Part shown: positions 1 through 12,374 of the stretch, piece after piece
How the letters are laid out: each line of letters opens with the position of its first letter
Position numbering within the stretch: the first letter of the stretch is position 1
NCBI GenBank assembly: GCA_951804945.1
Contig: OX638149.1
Location: 71,486,001 to 71,550,000, forward strand
Reading direction: 5' to 3'
Source: Podarcis cretensis
Taxonomy: Eukaryota
DNA: 64,000 nt
Notes under the pieces: model-generated
What the model was told of the DNA's origin: nothing
What the model saw: only the letters and a program-made list of their open reading frames with translations
Databases searched by the model: none
Made by a program: the position numbers and the translations under genes

Positions 1-1388
1 ATCACAGTCTTCTGTTACAAATACTAGTAGGACTTGTAGGTTTTTGGCCAGACATTATGACCCAAAATTAATAGAAAAATGCATGTTTGTCATATTTTGG
101 GATGAGTGACAAAAGAGGTTTATTATTTTAACAAAGATCTTGATGGTTCAAAAATTGGCTGTAGAGTTGAACAAAATAGTTGGTTTTAAAGATATGTGCT
201 GAAAGTAGGCAGTATGCCAATCTGTGCTAGCTTTTTTTTATTAAAAAAACCCCCATTCAGCTAAAATAGGGGTTCACCAACCTCTTTGGGCTCATGGGCC
301 CATTTGAAAACTGGAGAGACTGTCATGAACACCACATGTGTGCATGGCAGCTAAGCACATGCAAGCATGCTGACTTTGCAGGGGAAAGTGTGATCTTCAC
401 TGAGAGAGAAGCTTGGGAGAAAAGCGTTAGCCTGCCCTCCTCAGCTACATCCTTCCAAGCCTAACTACAACTGGCAATTCATGGTGCGTATGTGTGTGTC
501 ACAGCTGGGAAGGGAAGGGTTAACCCTTACCCTCCCCTTTTGTAGCACCCACCCTCCATTGTATTGCACTTCAAAGAAGATAGCTATTGGCTACAAGAGA
601 AGGCCCCTTTCAATTCTAATTTTAGCAGGCGTACAAGAGAAGGCCTCTGTGGCATCAAGTGTCCTTCTGGGTACTGTGTTGGTGATCTGTGAACTAGAAT
701 TCATATGCAAATAGGATGCATATAGAGATACAAAAACAAGAGCCAGCACACTTCTCTCTCTTTTTGTCCTACTTTTGTTGTGCTGTAGCTCTTCTGTGCA
801 ACAGTAGAGTGGTAACATTGGGGAAGCATTGCAGAACAACTAAAAAAAGCAGAAGAAACCCATCACTATTGCACTATTATTATGTCAATAATATGTTGAA
901 GATTACACCCCCAATAAAATACAATTCTGCAAGGGCACTGTGTGCCATAGCTGTCAATTTTTTTCCTTTTTTAAGGGAAGTTCCCTTATTCAGAATAGGA
1001 TTTCCCTTTAAAAAGGGAAAAGTTGACAGGTATGCTGTGTGCTTCCCGAGACTGTTAAACAGTTCAATGTACATCTGTGTGTATTTCAGTGGGTATCAGA
1101 AGAATAAGCCCATACCTGTAACTGGGCACGCATGCTCAGGAGAAGATTTGAGTGATCTTAGTTCTAGTCACCTACATGGAAGATTACAGCCTGCATCTTC
1201 TTGATGATGTTGTGGACAGGGATCACACATTACTCATGAAAACCAATGAGAGGGAAAAGGTTTGAGATTAAATATTGAGTTAGGAAGGTTCAAATATCAT
1301 TGAACCTGGGGTGCAAATATCATTCCATTTCAAATACACCATAGTAAAACCACATGTATGTTTAATATTGAAGAGCTTCATCGATGTA

Positions 1389-1583
1389 CAGGTGACTCTC
1401 AACTTGTGTGGGGTTTACGTTCCAGGGAAAACGTGCTAAGCCAGTCACGCATACATTGGGTTCAGTGACAGGTGGAATTTCTAATGTCTTTTTTAGTGGA
1501 TGTCCGCCCCCTTTTTATTATTTTTTTCCCCAAGCTGAATGCTCACAAGTTACCTTAAATGTTTGTAAGACTCTAGTTACCTG
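1389..1583. mobile_element. Decayed Tc1/mariner (Tigger-like) MITE
   Basis: Starts TA|CAGGTGAC and ends GTTACCTG, forming a short imperfect TIR. Confidence 0.4.
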
Positions 1584-1598
1584 TCTTGTAGGCAAGCT

Positions 1599-1660
1599 TT
1601 CCTTCCTTCCTTCCTTCCTTCCTTCCTTCCTTCCTTCCTTCCTTCCTTCCTTCCTTCCTT
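1599..1660. repeat. (TTCC)n microsatellite
   Basis: About 15 tandem TTCC units read directly. Confidence 0.95.
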
Positions 1661-2843
1661 TTTACTAGAAGACTCATTTACTGACAAAAGAGACTTGAGC
1701 AATTGCTTCATACTTTCTGAGATAAGGTTTTCAGCACAACCCTGCCACTGCTTTGTCATAACTATCTGTGACCTACACTGACTGGCTTCGAAGACACTGA
1801 CTGGCTTGGAAACAAATGAGAAGTAGCAGAAGACAGGAGAGAAACCTGTTTGACTACTGCCACTAGCCTCACCTCCCCAGGCAATTTCTTAGCCACTTCC
1901 TTTCCAGAAGCAAAAACAAATTTGTGAGGATAATCTGGTCATGTTCTGCGCAGAGGGAAACATGAGGAGGCAGGCACAGGAAATAGTTATTGCATCATTC
2001 ATTATTTTATGTGGTTAGTTTTCTCCCTCAAGCTGGTCTACCATGACTTGACTCATAACATGGAGGAGACTTTCCTGGAGAATCAGCTGTTCTTTGGTAA
2101 AGAAGATGAGGGCAGATGGAGATGACTAACTCTCCTCTTTCGTCATCAGCATTCACAGGTACAACAGGAGCTAGGCACTTCTTTGCATCCATTTGCATGA
2201 AGGTTGTCTGGGTTTTCTTTGTATGTGTTTCTTTTTTAAATGCAGGCAGAAAAAGAAGTGTCTCTACTAGAAAAATGAGTTGTTTCCTTAGATATTCACA
2301 AAACTTAGCAAAGATAATCAAATCAGCTTAGGCTGAATTAGGTATTATGAGAGCCATGTGGCTACCACTGAAAGCAGAAGCCTCATTTCTCATTCTCCCA
2401 CTCCTGATTCAAGTTTTGTGACGTAATGTCTCTTTTTGTCTGACCATTTCCTAACTGTTATTTCTGGATTCTACTGCTCAGTAATTTGATATTTGTGGAT
2501 TAATTTTGTCTTACTATATTGGTTTCCTATTTTAAATTGCTTCATTGTTTTTTATATTAAGTGGTAGGTTGGTAGGTAGGTAATTTCAGTGTGCTAAGTT
2601 TTCCTACCTTCATAAGTAGCAGCAGCCTTCTCCATGTGGACTACTAAAAGTGTGGAAAGGAAAAGTGCAAGTGACTCTTTCTTCAATTTATGCCCACTTC
2701 TGTGTAATATATGAGCAAGTATGTTAGCATAACTAGATAGTTCTGGGTATGCTACAACTACTCCTAACTTCTGACAACTGTGCCATTCTCAGAAGCAGTT
2801 AATCCACAATGCTTGTAGTACTCCAGCCTGACCTGCAGTCAGT

Positions 2844-3155
2844 TGGCATCCGTTTGTCTCAGGAGACACTGCAGTAATATGCCTTTGAGGGAGAGTTCAA
2901 ACTGCTGGAAGGTTACAGAGCCTGCTGTGGCTGTAGAGACCGATACCAAAGTGACATGTTTTGTTGTAGCTGGGGCAGCAGATGAAAGTGTCCAGTTGTG
3001 CTGCTGCAGATGCACTATGGCATTTCTTCTCTCTGCGCTCTGCCCAGAAGTCATTTCTCCTCTGGTCACTGCTATGGATACATTGACTGCCTGTCTCCAA
3101 GCACTGCGGTCATCTGCATGGGATTCCCATAGGGCAGGGTTGAATTGTCAGGTGT
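2844..3155 (-). mobile_element. RTE-clade LINE, 5'-truncated 3' end
   Basis: Minus-strand peptides FNPALWESHADDRSAWRQAV and CPSYNKTCHFGIGLYSHSRLC resemble the RTE ORF2 C-terminal Cys/His motif. Flanked by ~40-bp imperfect direct repeats. Confidence 0.7.
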
Positions 3156-5149
3156 AGTTGGTCCACAGTGCTTGTAGTACAGTACTCCAGCCAGATTTGC
3201 AATAGTGGAATGGGCACTGCACTTGAAATATGCTGTTGCCTGGCCTGCTTCTGTTTTGCTTAAGAATGTGTTCTATGGGATATGTATTTTGAGTTTTAAA
3301 GGTTTCTTCTTTTCCTGCTGTTGGCCTATGTTCTCTGGGGAGCCCATAACTGAGGTCAACTTTTGGTCTTCATCTCATTACTCCAAACCTACTGCACAAT
3401 GTTCTATTTTTGGTTCTCTTAAATGATGGTTTTTTTCTTTGGTTTGTTTGTAGAAGGCAAGATCCTCTGTATTTTAAGATGCTTGGCAGGCTGTACAACT
3501 AAATGTTTCTGCTAGCGTTTATCCTTAAAATTATTAGCACATTTTATTGTTTCCCCATTACTGCTAGTACACATTTTCTGTTACTGGAGTCTCCTTGACA
3601 GCCATATTGCAGAGGCTTTTGTATATAAGGGAACTACATCAGTCTTCTTCCTATTATAGCACTTGGAAGAGCACTCAGAAGGACCTCAAGAACTCTGGGC
3701 AAAATCTATCAAAGACATCTTCTGAACTCAAGCTAGGACCTCTGTGCTGAATTCACACATGCATTGAGGAGCACAAGTAGTTGTTATGCAGGCCTGCTAG
3801 TCCACTCTATGTTTTGTTATAACTACAGCATCCTCAGCAACATGTCATGACTGAAGGGGGCATGTAGAGTGGCGTTAGGAGAATTACTTTGACAAGAACA
3901 GCCTTCTCCATGTGGACTACTAACTCCTGCCATCCACAGCACTATAGCTAATAGTCATGGATGAAGGTATTGGGCTGTGGAAGGCTTGTCTAGAACCAGG
4001 CATGTGTGGAGGGATGTCTGTTCTACTTACCTGATGCTAAGCCAGTTGGGTTAGCAAAGTGAAAACTTCTAAGGAATTTGGTGTTTTTCCAGACTCCAGG
4101 GTGACTTCTCCTGAGCAGGTATCAGCTAGAAAATCTGCCAGATCTAGCTTCAGCTTTGGCTGGGCAACAGCTAGAATTCATTTTGTTTGCCTGCTTACTA
4201 CACCTGGGGAGGGCTTCATCCTCTCTCCCTGCTGCTTGTGTTTCCTGTACCCCACACTTTTAGTTATTTGGCTGCTTATGACTTAGCATCACAACAGGTA
4301 GACATGTGAAGCATATATTTTTGGTGTCTTCTCTCTCTCCACACCTTGCCATCCCACTTTCCAAGCAAGAAAACTCACAGCTACTTATAATGGCTTGGTG
4401 ACAAATACCAGCCCTGTATAGCATCGACTGGGTAGCTGCTTAGTGTGGATGCCTCTCTCTGTGCTGTCTTTGTTTGGAAATAGGGAACATGTGAACAGCT
4501 CTTCTCTTTGTCTCTTCACAGCTGGTGAACAGAGTAGGACACATCACCCTGCTGTACATTCTTGACATTCGAAGAAATTTTTCCTCAGTACATTCCCTGC
4601 ATCCTCCCCCTCCTCCATCTGTATTCATTCTCTACACATTTGAATCCCACACAGCCCTTGCAAAACATTAATATTATTATTATTATTGATGCAAGTCTTT
4701 TCCTTTGCCTGTTTTTCAGGTGTATGTAAACAATTGGGCTCTTTCTTTTATTGATGTGTATATATATATATTGAGTCATATATATGGAATGTTAGTTTCT
4801 CAAATTAACCACTTCATTTTCTTCCTAACAATGACAACAATTTTGTTTGTAAAGAGTTGTGGCATTTGCTAAAAGGATCCTTTCTCATCCTGGGAATGAA
4901 AGAGAATTGTATGGGACAATTACTAGCTTGGAGATTAAAGCAGTGTGGGAAATACTGTATTGGACTTTGGAGTTAAAGAAAAGAGTGGAAGTTAACAAAA
5001 AGTTCAAGAGCAAGCTGGAAAGGTATTTTTTCATGAGCCACAGAATAGGGGTAAGTGAAGCAATACTGTTTTGTGATGAACCTGAACAGCTTATGCTGTA
5101 GAGTTAAACTTTTCTTAAACCATGCAACTTTGCATAATAGAACTGGACT

Positions 5150-5230
5150 AATAATAATAATAATAATAATAAATTTTATTTATATTCCGCCCTCCCCAGC
5201 CGAAGCCGGGCTCAGGGCGGCTAACAACAA
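5150..5230 (-). mobile_element. L2-type LINE 3' terminus with (TTA)n tail
   Basis: (AAT)n followed by tttatttatattccgccctcccc...gggctcagggcggctaac, the reverse complement of a typical squamate LINE end. Confidence 0.6.
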
Positions 5231-5277
5231 TCAAATACCTTCCAGTAGCACCTTAAAGACCAACTAAGTTAGTACTT

Positions 5278-5317
5278 GGTATGAGCTTTCGTGTGCATGC
5301 ACACTTCTTCAGATACC
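5278..5317 (-). ncRNA. Minimal type I hammerhead ribozyme motif (Penelope-associated)
   Basis: Minus strand reads GGUAU-CUGAAGA-A-GUGUG(CAUG)CACAC-GAAA-GC-UC-AUACC. This gives stem I, the CUGANGA core, stem II, GAAA, a palindromic AGCU stem III and an NUH site. Confidence 0.75.
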
Positions 5318-5320
5318 TAT

Positions 5321-5356
5321 TATCTGAAGAAGTGTGCATGCACACGAAAGCTCATA
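5321..5356 (+). ncRNA. Second hammerhead core, sense to the DENND2B pre-mRNA, with stem I cut to 3 bp
   Basis: UAU-CUGAAGA-AGUGUGCAUGCACAC-GAAA-GCUC-AUA. Confidence 0.6.
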
Positions 5357-7544
5357 CCAAGTACTAACTTAGTTGGTCTTTAAGGTGCTACTGGAAGGAA
5401 TTTTTTTATTTTGTTTTGACTATGGCAGACCAACACGGCTACCTATCTGTAACTGGAACAATCAAATAATCAAACAATCAAATAATCAAACATTTTAAAA
5501 GGGGAAAGCACTTCCTTGTACGTGTCCATTGTTTAAGAGTTCTTTGAGAGAACAAAGTTAAGCTTTGAGCTGTTGTTTTTCTTTGGTGTCTGCTGAAAAG
5601 GTGATGTTGAGACAGAATCAGATGATTCAGTGTTGAAATCTATGTCTAGCCACAATAATGTTATAAAGTCATTTTGCTATTTCAGCACTACCACTTTCAA
5701 CTACCTGTGACTGTCCTTCAAGTTTATTGCAATCACACAGTGAGTGAGAGGGTTGTTGTTGTTTTTTACACTTTTATTCACTAATTTTCATGCCTGCTAG
5801 GTTTTCAGATTCTCATTGTATATAACACTTTAAACAGATTTTAATAAGCCAAATGTGATGGTAAAGCCTAATGTTCAGAATCAGGATACTACATTAATAA
5901 GGTGCTTTCGTTTCTTTTGAGCCAATGTACTGTATATATTTCTCTCCTTACCAGGAAAGAAATCACAAAATAACAGTACTTGCAATGACAACAACAATAA
6001 TTCAGAACTGATAGCCAGAAATAGTCTCTTTTGGTAAATAGAAACCATTTTAATACAATCTGTGGGTTTACTCCTTTCTATTGTGTTATCTAACTTTTAA
6101 AGTTGTGGCTGCAATTAGGTGAGTAATATGGGTTTTCTAGGACTTGTTTTATTGTTTTGGAAGGCTGTGTGCCTAGAGGTTGGGATCACACTCTCCTACC
6201 ATGTTGAACAAATAGGGCTTTGTTGGCTAGAAATCAATCTTTTTCTGATGCTTACAGGACAAAGAATGGGATCTTGATTTACCTTTCTCAGAGTCTTGCA
6301 CAAAATCCTTTTACCTCTTGATCATCTTAGTAATTGGTTCACAAACCTAGGTAGATGTAGGTTTATCTCTATACAAAGGCTACAGGAAATTGACTAGAAT
6401 AAAAGGTTAACTGCACCTTTATTTTTAATCTAGTCTAATATGTCTAACAAATGACCACAGTCTGACTTGCTTCTGAGAAAATATGTTTAGGACTGTGCAG
6501 GTTGTCTCTATTTTGCTGTCTCAGTTGCATGCCTTCAAATTCAGGTTCTACAATGGAAGTGGATTTGGTGTTTTTGTGCAACAAACCCTCTTTCTACGCC
6601 CACCTCCATCTTGTTAATTCCTTTTGGTAGTGCATGTGTGTTTCACAGGTGGTTCTCAAACACATGTACTTGGTAAAACCCGCTTGCAAAATTTATTACT
6701 GTGTACACACTTCTGCTTATTCTGCATCCTGTGCACTCCCAACTGCTGGCTTTGGAAGGGTTGTAAACACAACATCCATATCTATCCTATATCTATCCTG
6801 TCATTTCTTAGGGAATACTGCATTTTGATGCATTCTTCCCCAAATCAGCTTCGATCTAAACTGAGAATAATAATGGCAAAGCTGCAGTTTAAGCCAGCAA
6901 TGTATGAGTAGAATAGTACCTTTATTAGGACTAACTTTAACCCCACTAAGTAACGAAGCTTATAAAATTGTAGGCAGCCATGTTACTCCATGAGGAAAAA
7001 CCCTAAATTCACAGTAGATACCTGTATTAGGATAAGCTAAAACAAAGATGTTCCTGGACACCAACTCCCATCAACCCGATTCATATGGCTTGGATTGGGG
7101 ATGATGGGAGTTGGAGTTGAGCAGCAGCTGGATAATAACAGGTTCCCCATCCTGGAATTAAAACATCACAAAGTAAGTGACGTTTGGATAAGTTGCTTTG
7201 GGTTGCCTTGGGCATGATAAAGTGACTGACAAATGTAATAAATAAATGAATGAATAAATAATAAATGCATTTGTTTTTATAACATACACTCTGGCTTTTG
7301 ATTCTCCTGCCACAAATATGAAATTATGATGACTTGGGAATTACTTTTGGATTTTGTGAGGCAAGCGAGAAGCAAAATGAGAAATAAGAGGTTTCAAATA
7401 TCTGTGTTAAATGCAGAAGACAAAAAAGATCTCTGATTGTAAATATTACTGTAAATATGACTTGGAGAGAAATATTCTTCCTGTTCATTGTGTCAGGAGG
7501 AAAAGTTCAATGTTACTAGTTGATACAAATTTAAAATGTTTGTT

Positions 7545-7735
7545 TGAGCAGAGTGGAAGGTTCGACTTTTACCTCAGCCGTGAACTCACTTGGTGGCCTT
7601 AGGCAAGACACTATCCTTCATACGAAGTACAGACATAATACTGCCCTGCTTTACAGGATTGTTGTAAGGATTACTGAGATTATGAATGTGAAGTGGATTG
7701 AACACTCAAAAGCATTAAGTATGTGCTAAGTTGTT
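7545..7735 (+). mobile_element. Old CORE/MIR-like SINE fragment
   Basis: ggtggccttaggcaag...ttacaggattgttgtaaggatt...tgtgaagt...tgctaagt resembles the CORE domain and L2-derived tail. Confidence 0.55.
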
Positions 7736-8314
7736 GTCCTCCAGAGCTCTGTTCAACTGCCAACTCTATAAAATGGCCACTGGTTTTGTCCAATCATCCA
7801 ACTATGTCAGAGCAAAGAATATAACAATTGATATTGATAGTACACAAAGAGTGTGTAAATAGGGGAATAAGGACTAACCGGTCCATGCATATAGGAAGGA
7901 GTAATACCTAAAAGTGTACCATCAGTGTTATGTAATGCAGCCTACCTTGTGCCCCCTAAGCTGCCTTGCTGCCCTTAGGCATGAGGGAGGCACAGTCTCA
8001 TCACAAGTCTTGAAGTCAGGTTCAGCTGCCAGTATGGTGGGCTTCTGTGCATAGACTAGGGTGGCGTAGGGACCATCTTGTCTTTTGCTCCAGGCAGCAA
8101 AATGTCTTTGCCAGTGCTGTCTGTGGACCATGTATTTAAAAAAAAAGGGGGGGGGAATAAAAAGTATTCTAGTATCAAATGTGTGCACTTTCAGAAACCA
8201 TTTTAGAAAAGTCTACTAAGTTGGGCCTACTCCAAACGTTTGGCCTTAGAAACAAGAGCTGAGTAAAATCTAGGTAGCCAGGTAGCTGATTAGTATTTTT
8301 CTTCTTACTTCCAG

Positions 8315-9535
8315 GTGTCAATCAGTCTCTCCACCGCCTCTTCTATACCAACCAAGAAGCCCAACATATCCCCTCAGCGACAGTGAGGATTCCTGCCGCT
8401 CCAGTAGTTTGACCAAAGTTTCCGGCTCCAGGGTGCTCCTCAAGGACCGGACTAACTGTGGAGTTACCTTGAGAAGCGCCTCGAGTTCCCCCTCAGACAC
8501 TGAATCTCCAAATCACCCCCTCAAAACTGTCAGCATTGGCTGCTTGGACAAAAGGCTCTCTCATTTCCAGACTGAAGACCAAAAGGAAGCCTCCAAGGAG
8601 ACTCAGGATGGAGAAGCTGTAGGCAGCCGCCAGCTTACGCGGAGCACTCTCTCCTTGGGGTCTGCAGTGAACCTCCGGAACCTCTCCCTCAGCAGGGTCA
8701 GCGTCCATTCCCAAGCACTTGATATCAGGCAGAAGATATCAGAATGGGAATGTCGGAAAGAACCTTCCCCTAGGATGAGTGTATGCTTGGACAAGAGGGA
8801 TGTTGGGGACAGGTCAGGCAGTGAGACTTGCCCTAGTATGTTGCCTTCTCCCTGCAGCGAGAAGACATTTGACTACAAAGGGTTCCGGAGGATGAGCAGA
8901 ACGTTTTCCGAATGCTCCTACCCAGAAACAGAGGAGGAGGAATTCCTGGACAGAGATTCCTGCCACAGGTTTGAAAAGAGGCCGAGCAGGAGTGAGTCGG
9001 CAAATGCTTTCTTCAAGGGGAACGCAAGAAAGGAGAGTTCTGCCGTGCTGAACAGAATACAGAAGATTGAGCAGGCTTTAAAAGAACAGCCAGGCAGGGG
9101 TCTTCCTCAGTTGCCCAGTAGCTGCTATAGTGTTGACAGAGGAAGAAAAAAGTCTGTGACTTCGGGTATTGTGGAGGACTTGAATGAGAACACAAATGAT
9201 AGTAAAGCAGGGAGTGTTATTTGTGGGAGTAGTCCAGAGACACCCACAGAGACTGATAAAACTAGTAAAATGCCACAAGGACTCAATGCCACAGTTAGTC
9301 CTGTTGGTCCTAAGCTGCTTCCTGAGAACTTGGCGAACACAGCGGTAAACCCTGTGCCCAAGCCCAAACGCACCTTCGAGTATGAAGCTGACAAGAACCA
9401 TAAAAGTAAACCAAGCAATGGCCTACCTCCTTCACCTCTGGCTGCTGTTCCTCCCCCTCTTCCGTCAACTCCTGCTCCCCCTGTCACCCGGAGGCAGAAA
9501 AAAGAGTCACGCTTCCACAGAAAATCCCAAAATAG
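8315..9535 (+). CDS. DENND2B: DENND2B large N-terminal exon (1221 nt, phase 2-2): (R)CQSVSPPPLLY...PPPLPSTPAPPVTRRQKKESRFHRKSQN(R)
   Basis: Acceptor ttcttacttccag|G and donor AG|gtaaag. Contains ORF 8409-9539 with the proline-rich SH3-ligand region. Confidence 0.95.
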
Positions 9536-10028
9536 GTAAAGATGGAAAGCTGCTTGTCATATATTCTCAAGATGCATCTCCTTTTAAGGTCACAATCTCA
9601 GCAGATAAGAATGAAAGACAGTCTTAATTAGACTACAGCTTTTGTGTTGTAGAATCATTGCCTCTTGTATCCTGCTAATCAGGGTTTTGCCATTTGCAGC
9701 AAAAAAAGGGACATGAATCTTCTAACAGATTCAGCTGCCAGAAGAACTTTTATTTTACCAACAACCACCATGACTAAAAGGAAAAATACAAGTTGTAGTC
9801 TCCCATCTGTGGAATTGGAGAGTTCTTAAATAAGGAGCAATTTTGAATGTACATTGTAGGAAGTGCTTTACTGCTTTTATTTTTCTTCACAGTGATCCCA
9901 TGAAGTAGGCTAAGGCCTTCCAGTGTGTTTCATGGCTGAGGGGATTTGAACCTGGGTCTTCCACCTGCAAACCTAACAATAGTCCCTTGCTGCTATTTAC
10001 ACATCATTTGTGTGATGATGCTGATGCT

Positions 10029-10092
10029 AATAATAATAATAATAATAATTTTTATTATTATTTATACCCCGCCCATCTGGCTAGCTTTCCCC
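10029..10092 (-). mobile_element. Short L2-type LINE 3' end with (TTA)n tail
   Basis: Shares ataccccgcccatctggct...ccccagccactctg...gcggctt with the copy at 11441. Confidence 0.7.
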
Positions 10093-11202
10093 AGCCACTC
10101 TGGGCGGCTTATAGCATATATATGTAAATATAATGTTAGACTTTAAAATTACGGCTAACCACTTTCCTCAATAGCCCTTGGTGTCTGTCTCCAGTGGATC
10201 AGCCATACTGGAATCAATTTATACTGACTGACTCTGGCCCAAATGTGCCTTTTTCTTGAGCAGAGAGGATACAGATTCTCTTGGTGTTATGTCTAGGCTG
10301 TATGTATTCTGCACTAGAAAAAATAGACAAAACAACAAACTGCAGTAATGTAACCCATGTTCTGCAATCTGTACAAATTACACAAATTAGCTTATTTTGA
10401 ACAACTTGTTCTGCTTATCCTTATTCTAGTAGAATTTTAGAGATGCCCTCTAGCTACTGATAAGGACACCCAACTTCTTATGAAGAAAACTACCGGTAAC
10501 AGTATTTAGGATGCTAACACTATAGAGGCCCAGACCCTCAAACTGCAGTAACTCCAGCAGCCATAGAACAAGCCCTCTCAGAGTGCTTCCTTGCACACCA
10601 CCATAGGATGGAGATGGATCTTCCGCCAAATATTTAATCTCTTATTTCCCAGCAGTGCTGTTACATATTATTCTTTGCCACAGTGTTATTCGCAATGAAG
10701 GGCAATGAGCTATGTATCGTGCTAAAACACTTTAGACCACTGGCAATCCTACTTTAGCATTTCCCTCAATGGATTCTGAGATAGACATGAATGTGCATAA
10801 ACTATTTTCAAAGCCATATGGATTGGAAACATGTATTTTATTTTTTAGAAAGATGATTTGTGATTCTCAGGATGCTGAATTGTAAACCCATTGATGATCT
10901 CAGTGCTTGCACAACAGAGCCACATGCAAGTGCTGTCTTGAAGCAATAATCTCTCATGGCCTTATATATGTTGCCTTTGCATAATGTCTCTTTGGTATAG
11001 AAAGGAAATGGACACTGATGTGTGTTCCATACTGCTATGGCTGAGAAGTGCAAAAATGTTGAATGAAGCCTGGAATGATGAGCTGCAAGCAGGAAGTTCC
11101 GAATAAATCACAGGATGTGGCCAGCAGCTAACAAGTGCCCAGAGGAGAAAGGCAGGATTCACAGGACTTTGGAGAGGTCCAAGGAAACCACAGCTGTTAA
11201 GT

Positions 11203-11331
11203 CAGGAATGGGGAACTTGTGGCCCTTCAGATATTGTTGGACTACAGCTCTGATCATTGACCATGCTGGCTGGGGCTGATAGAAATTGGGAGTCCAACAA
11301 CATCTGGAGGACCACAAGTTTCTTATCCCTG
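11203..11331. mobile_element. Palindromic hAT-type MITE (related copies near 7050, 22090, 24123, 33593, 61810)
   Basis: CAGG...ggaacttgtggccct-cagat...atctggagg-ccacaagtt...CCTG is self-complementary. Flanks TGTTAAGT / CCTTAAGT look like a decayed 8-bp TSD. Confidence 0.7.
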
Positions 11332-11438
11332 CCTTAAGTTAAGCGCTATCTGTATGTATAGTATGTATGTATTTTTGTCAATGTATGTTCAGCTCATGGG
11401 CTAGCACAAAATATGCAAAACAAGAATGAAAATGTAGT

Positions 11439-11440
<2 letters not shown>

Positions 11441-11482
<42 letters not shown>

Positions 11483-11678
11483 TTATTATTTATACCCCGC
11501 CCATCTGGCTGGGTTTCCCCAGCCACTCTGAGCGGCTTCCAACAAAATATTAAAATACAATAGTCCGCCAAACATTAAAAGCTTCCCTAAACAGGGCTGC
11601 CTTCAGATGTCTTCTAAAAGTCTGGTAGTTGTTTTTTCTCTTTGGCATCTGGTTGGAGGGCGTTCCACGGGGCAGGTA
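11441..11678 (-). mobile_element. L2-type LINE 3' fragment with (TTA)14 tail
   Basis: (AAT)n array followed by the LINE 3' UTR and gagggcgttccac (the WNAL codons on the minus strand). Confidence 0.75.
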
Positions 11679-12237
11679 CTGAATCCGTGTTGAAAATCTC
11701 ATCATGTTGGCTGAAAACCTCAAAAAACTTGTCTTTAATGTTTAACTACCACCAGCTTGGGGTTATGGCAAAATCACAATCTGACAAATCACATGGTTTG
11801 TACTTCACAGGTCTGATACATAAGTAATTCAGTATTTTGTGTATTTTCTAAGTGTGGCAAGATAATGTGGATGTATGTTTTTAGATTTGATACAGAGCTA
11901 ACTTTAACCAACAGTCCAGTCACCAATTTGTTCTTTATGTTTAACCAAACAATTTCATCATAGAATCAGATGCGGTGTGTGTGTGTGTGGGATGGGGGAG
12001 ACTCAGGAAGGAAGAGTATACCTTAACCCTTGCTAGCATTATGGGTAGCATTCAGCTAAGCTTTACTCAGAACAAGCCCATTAAAATTAATGAACAAGGA
12101 CTTAGTTAGGTCCATTAATTGTGGTGGGTCTGCCTGAGTAAAACTTAGTTGAATGCCATCCAATATCTGCACTGAGCTTTAAAGCACTGTTAATTAGGCA
12201 ATCAGAAAATTATCCCTTTACATTTTCTCCACTCTAG

Positions 12238-12374
12238 AAAATCCTTTGAGTTTGAAGATGCTTCAAGCCTCCAGTCCTTGTACCCTCCCTCCCCAAGTGA
12301 GAATGGAACTGAAAGCCAGCACAAGTTTGGATCTAAGAGCACTTTAGAAGAGAATGCCTACGAAGACATTGTAG
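12238..12374 (+). CDS. DENND2B: DENND2B exon (137 nt): KSFEFEDASSLQSLYPPSPSENG...TLEENAYEDIV(G)
   Basis: Acceptor ttttctccactctag| and donor G|gtaagg; phase 2 to 1. Confidence 0.95.

Larger units (their letters stand above)
5238..5456. mobile_element. Penelope-like element remnant: inverted pseudo-LTR pair with 12-bp TSD
   Basis: Perfect 78-bp inverted repeat (5238-5315 / 5321-5398), followed by ...gcagaccaacacggctac... Direct repeat AACAATCAAATA at 5226-5237 and 5457-5468. Confidence 0.8.

Noticed and set aside
2060-2165. Possible upstream coding exon (MEMTNSPLSSSAFT, donor ACAG|GTACAA)
   Set aside because: It is phase 1 whereas exon 8315 needs phase 2, and it does not resemble the ST5 N-terminus (MTMTANKN...). 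A non-coding exon cannot be excluded.
8409-9539. 376-aa ORF as a stand-alone single-exon gene
   Set aside because: It starts at TTG, the frame is open upstream to a splice acceptor at 8315, and the stop overlaps a splice donor. It is an internal exon.
12043-12162. Imperfect palindromes here and at about 28710-28800, 36050-36165 and 36514-36610 as structured ncRNAs
   Set aside because: They recur as diverged copies and look like common old squamate palindromic MITEs, with no sign of selection on pairing.
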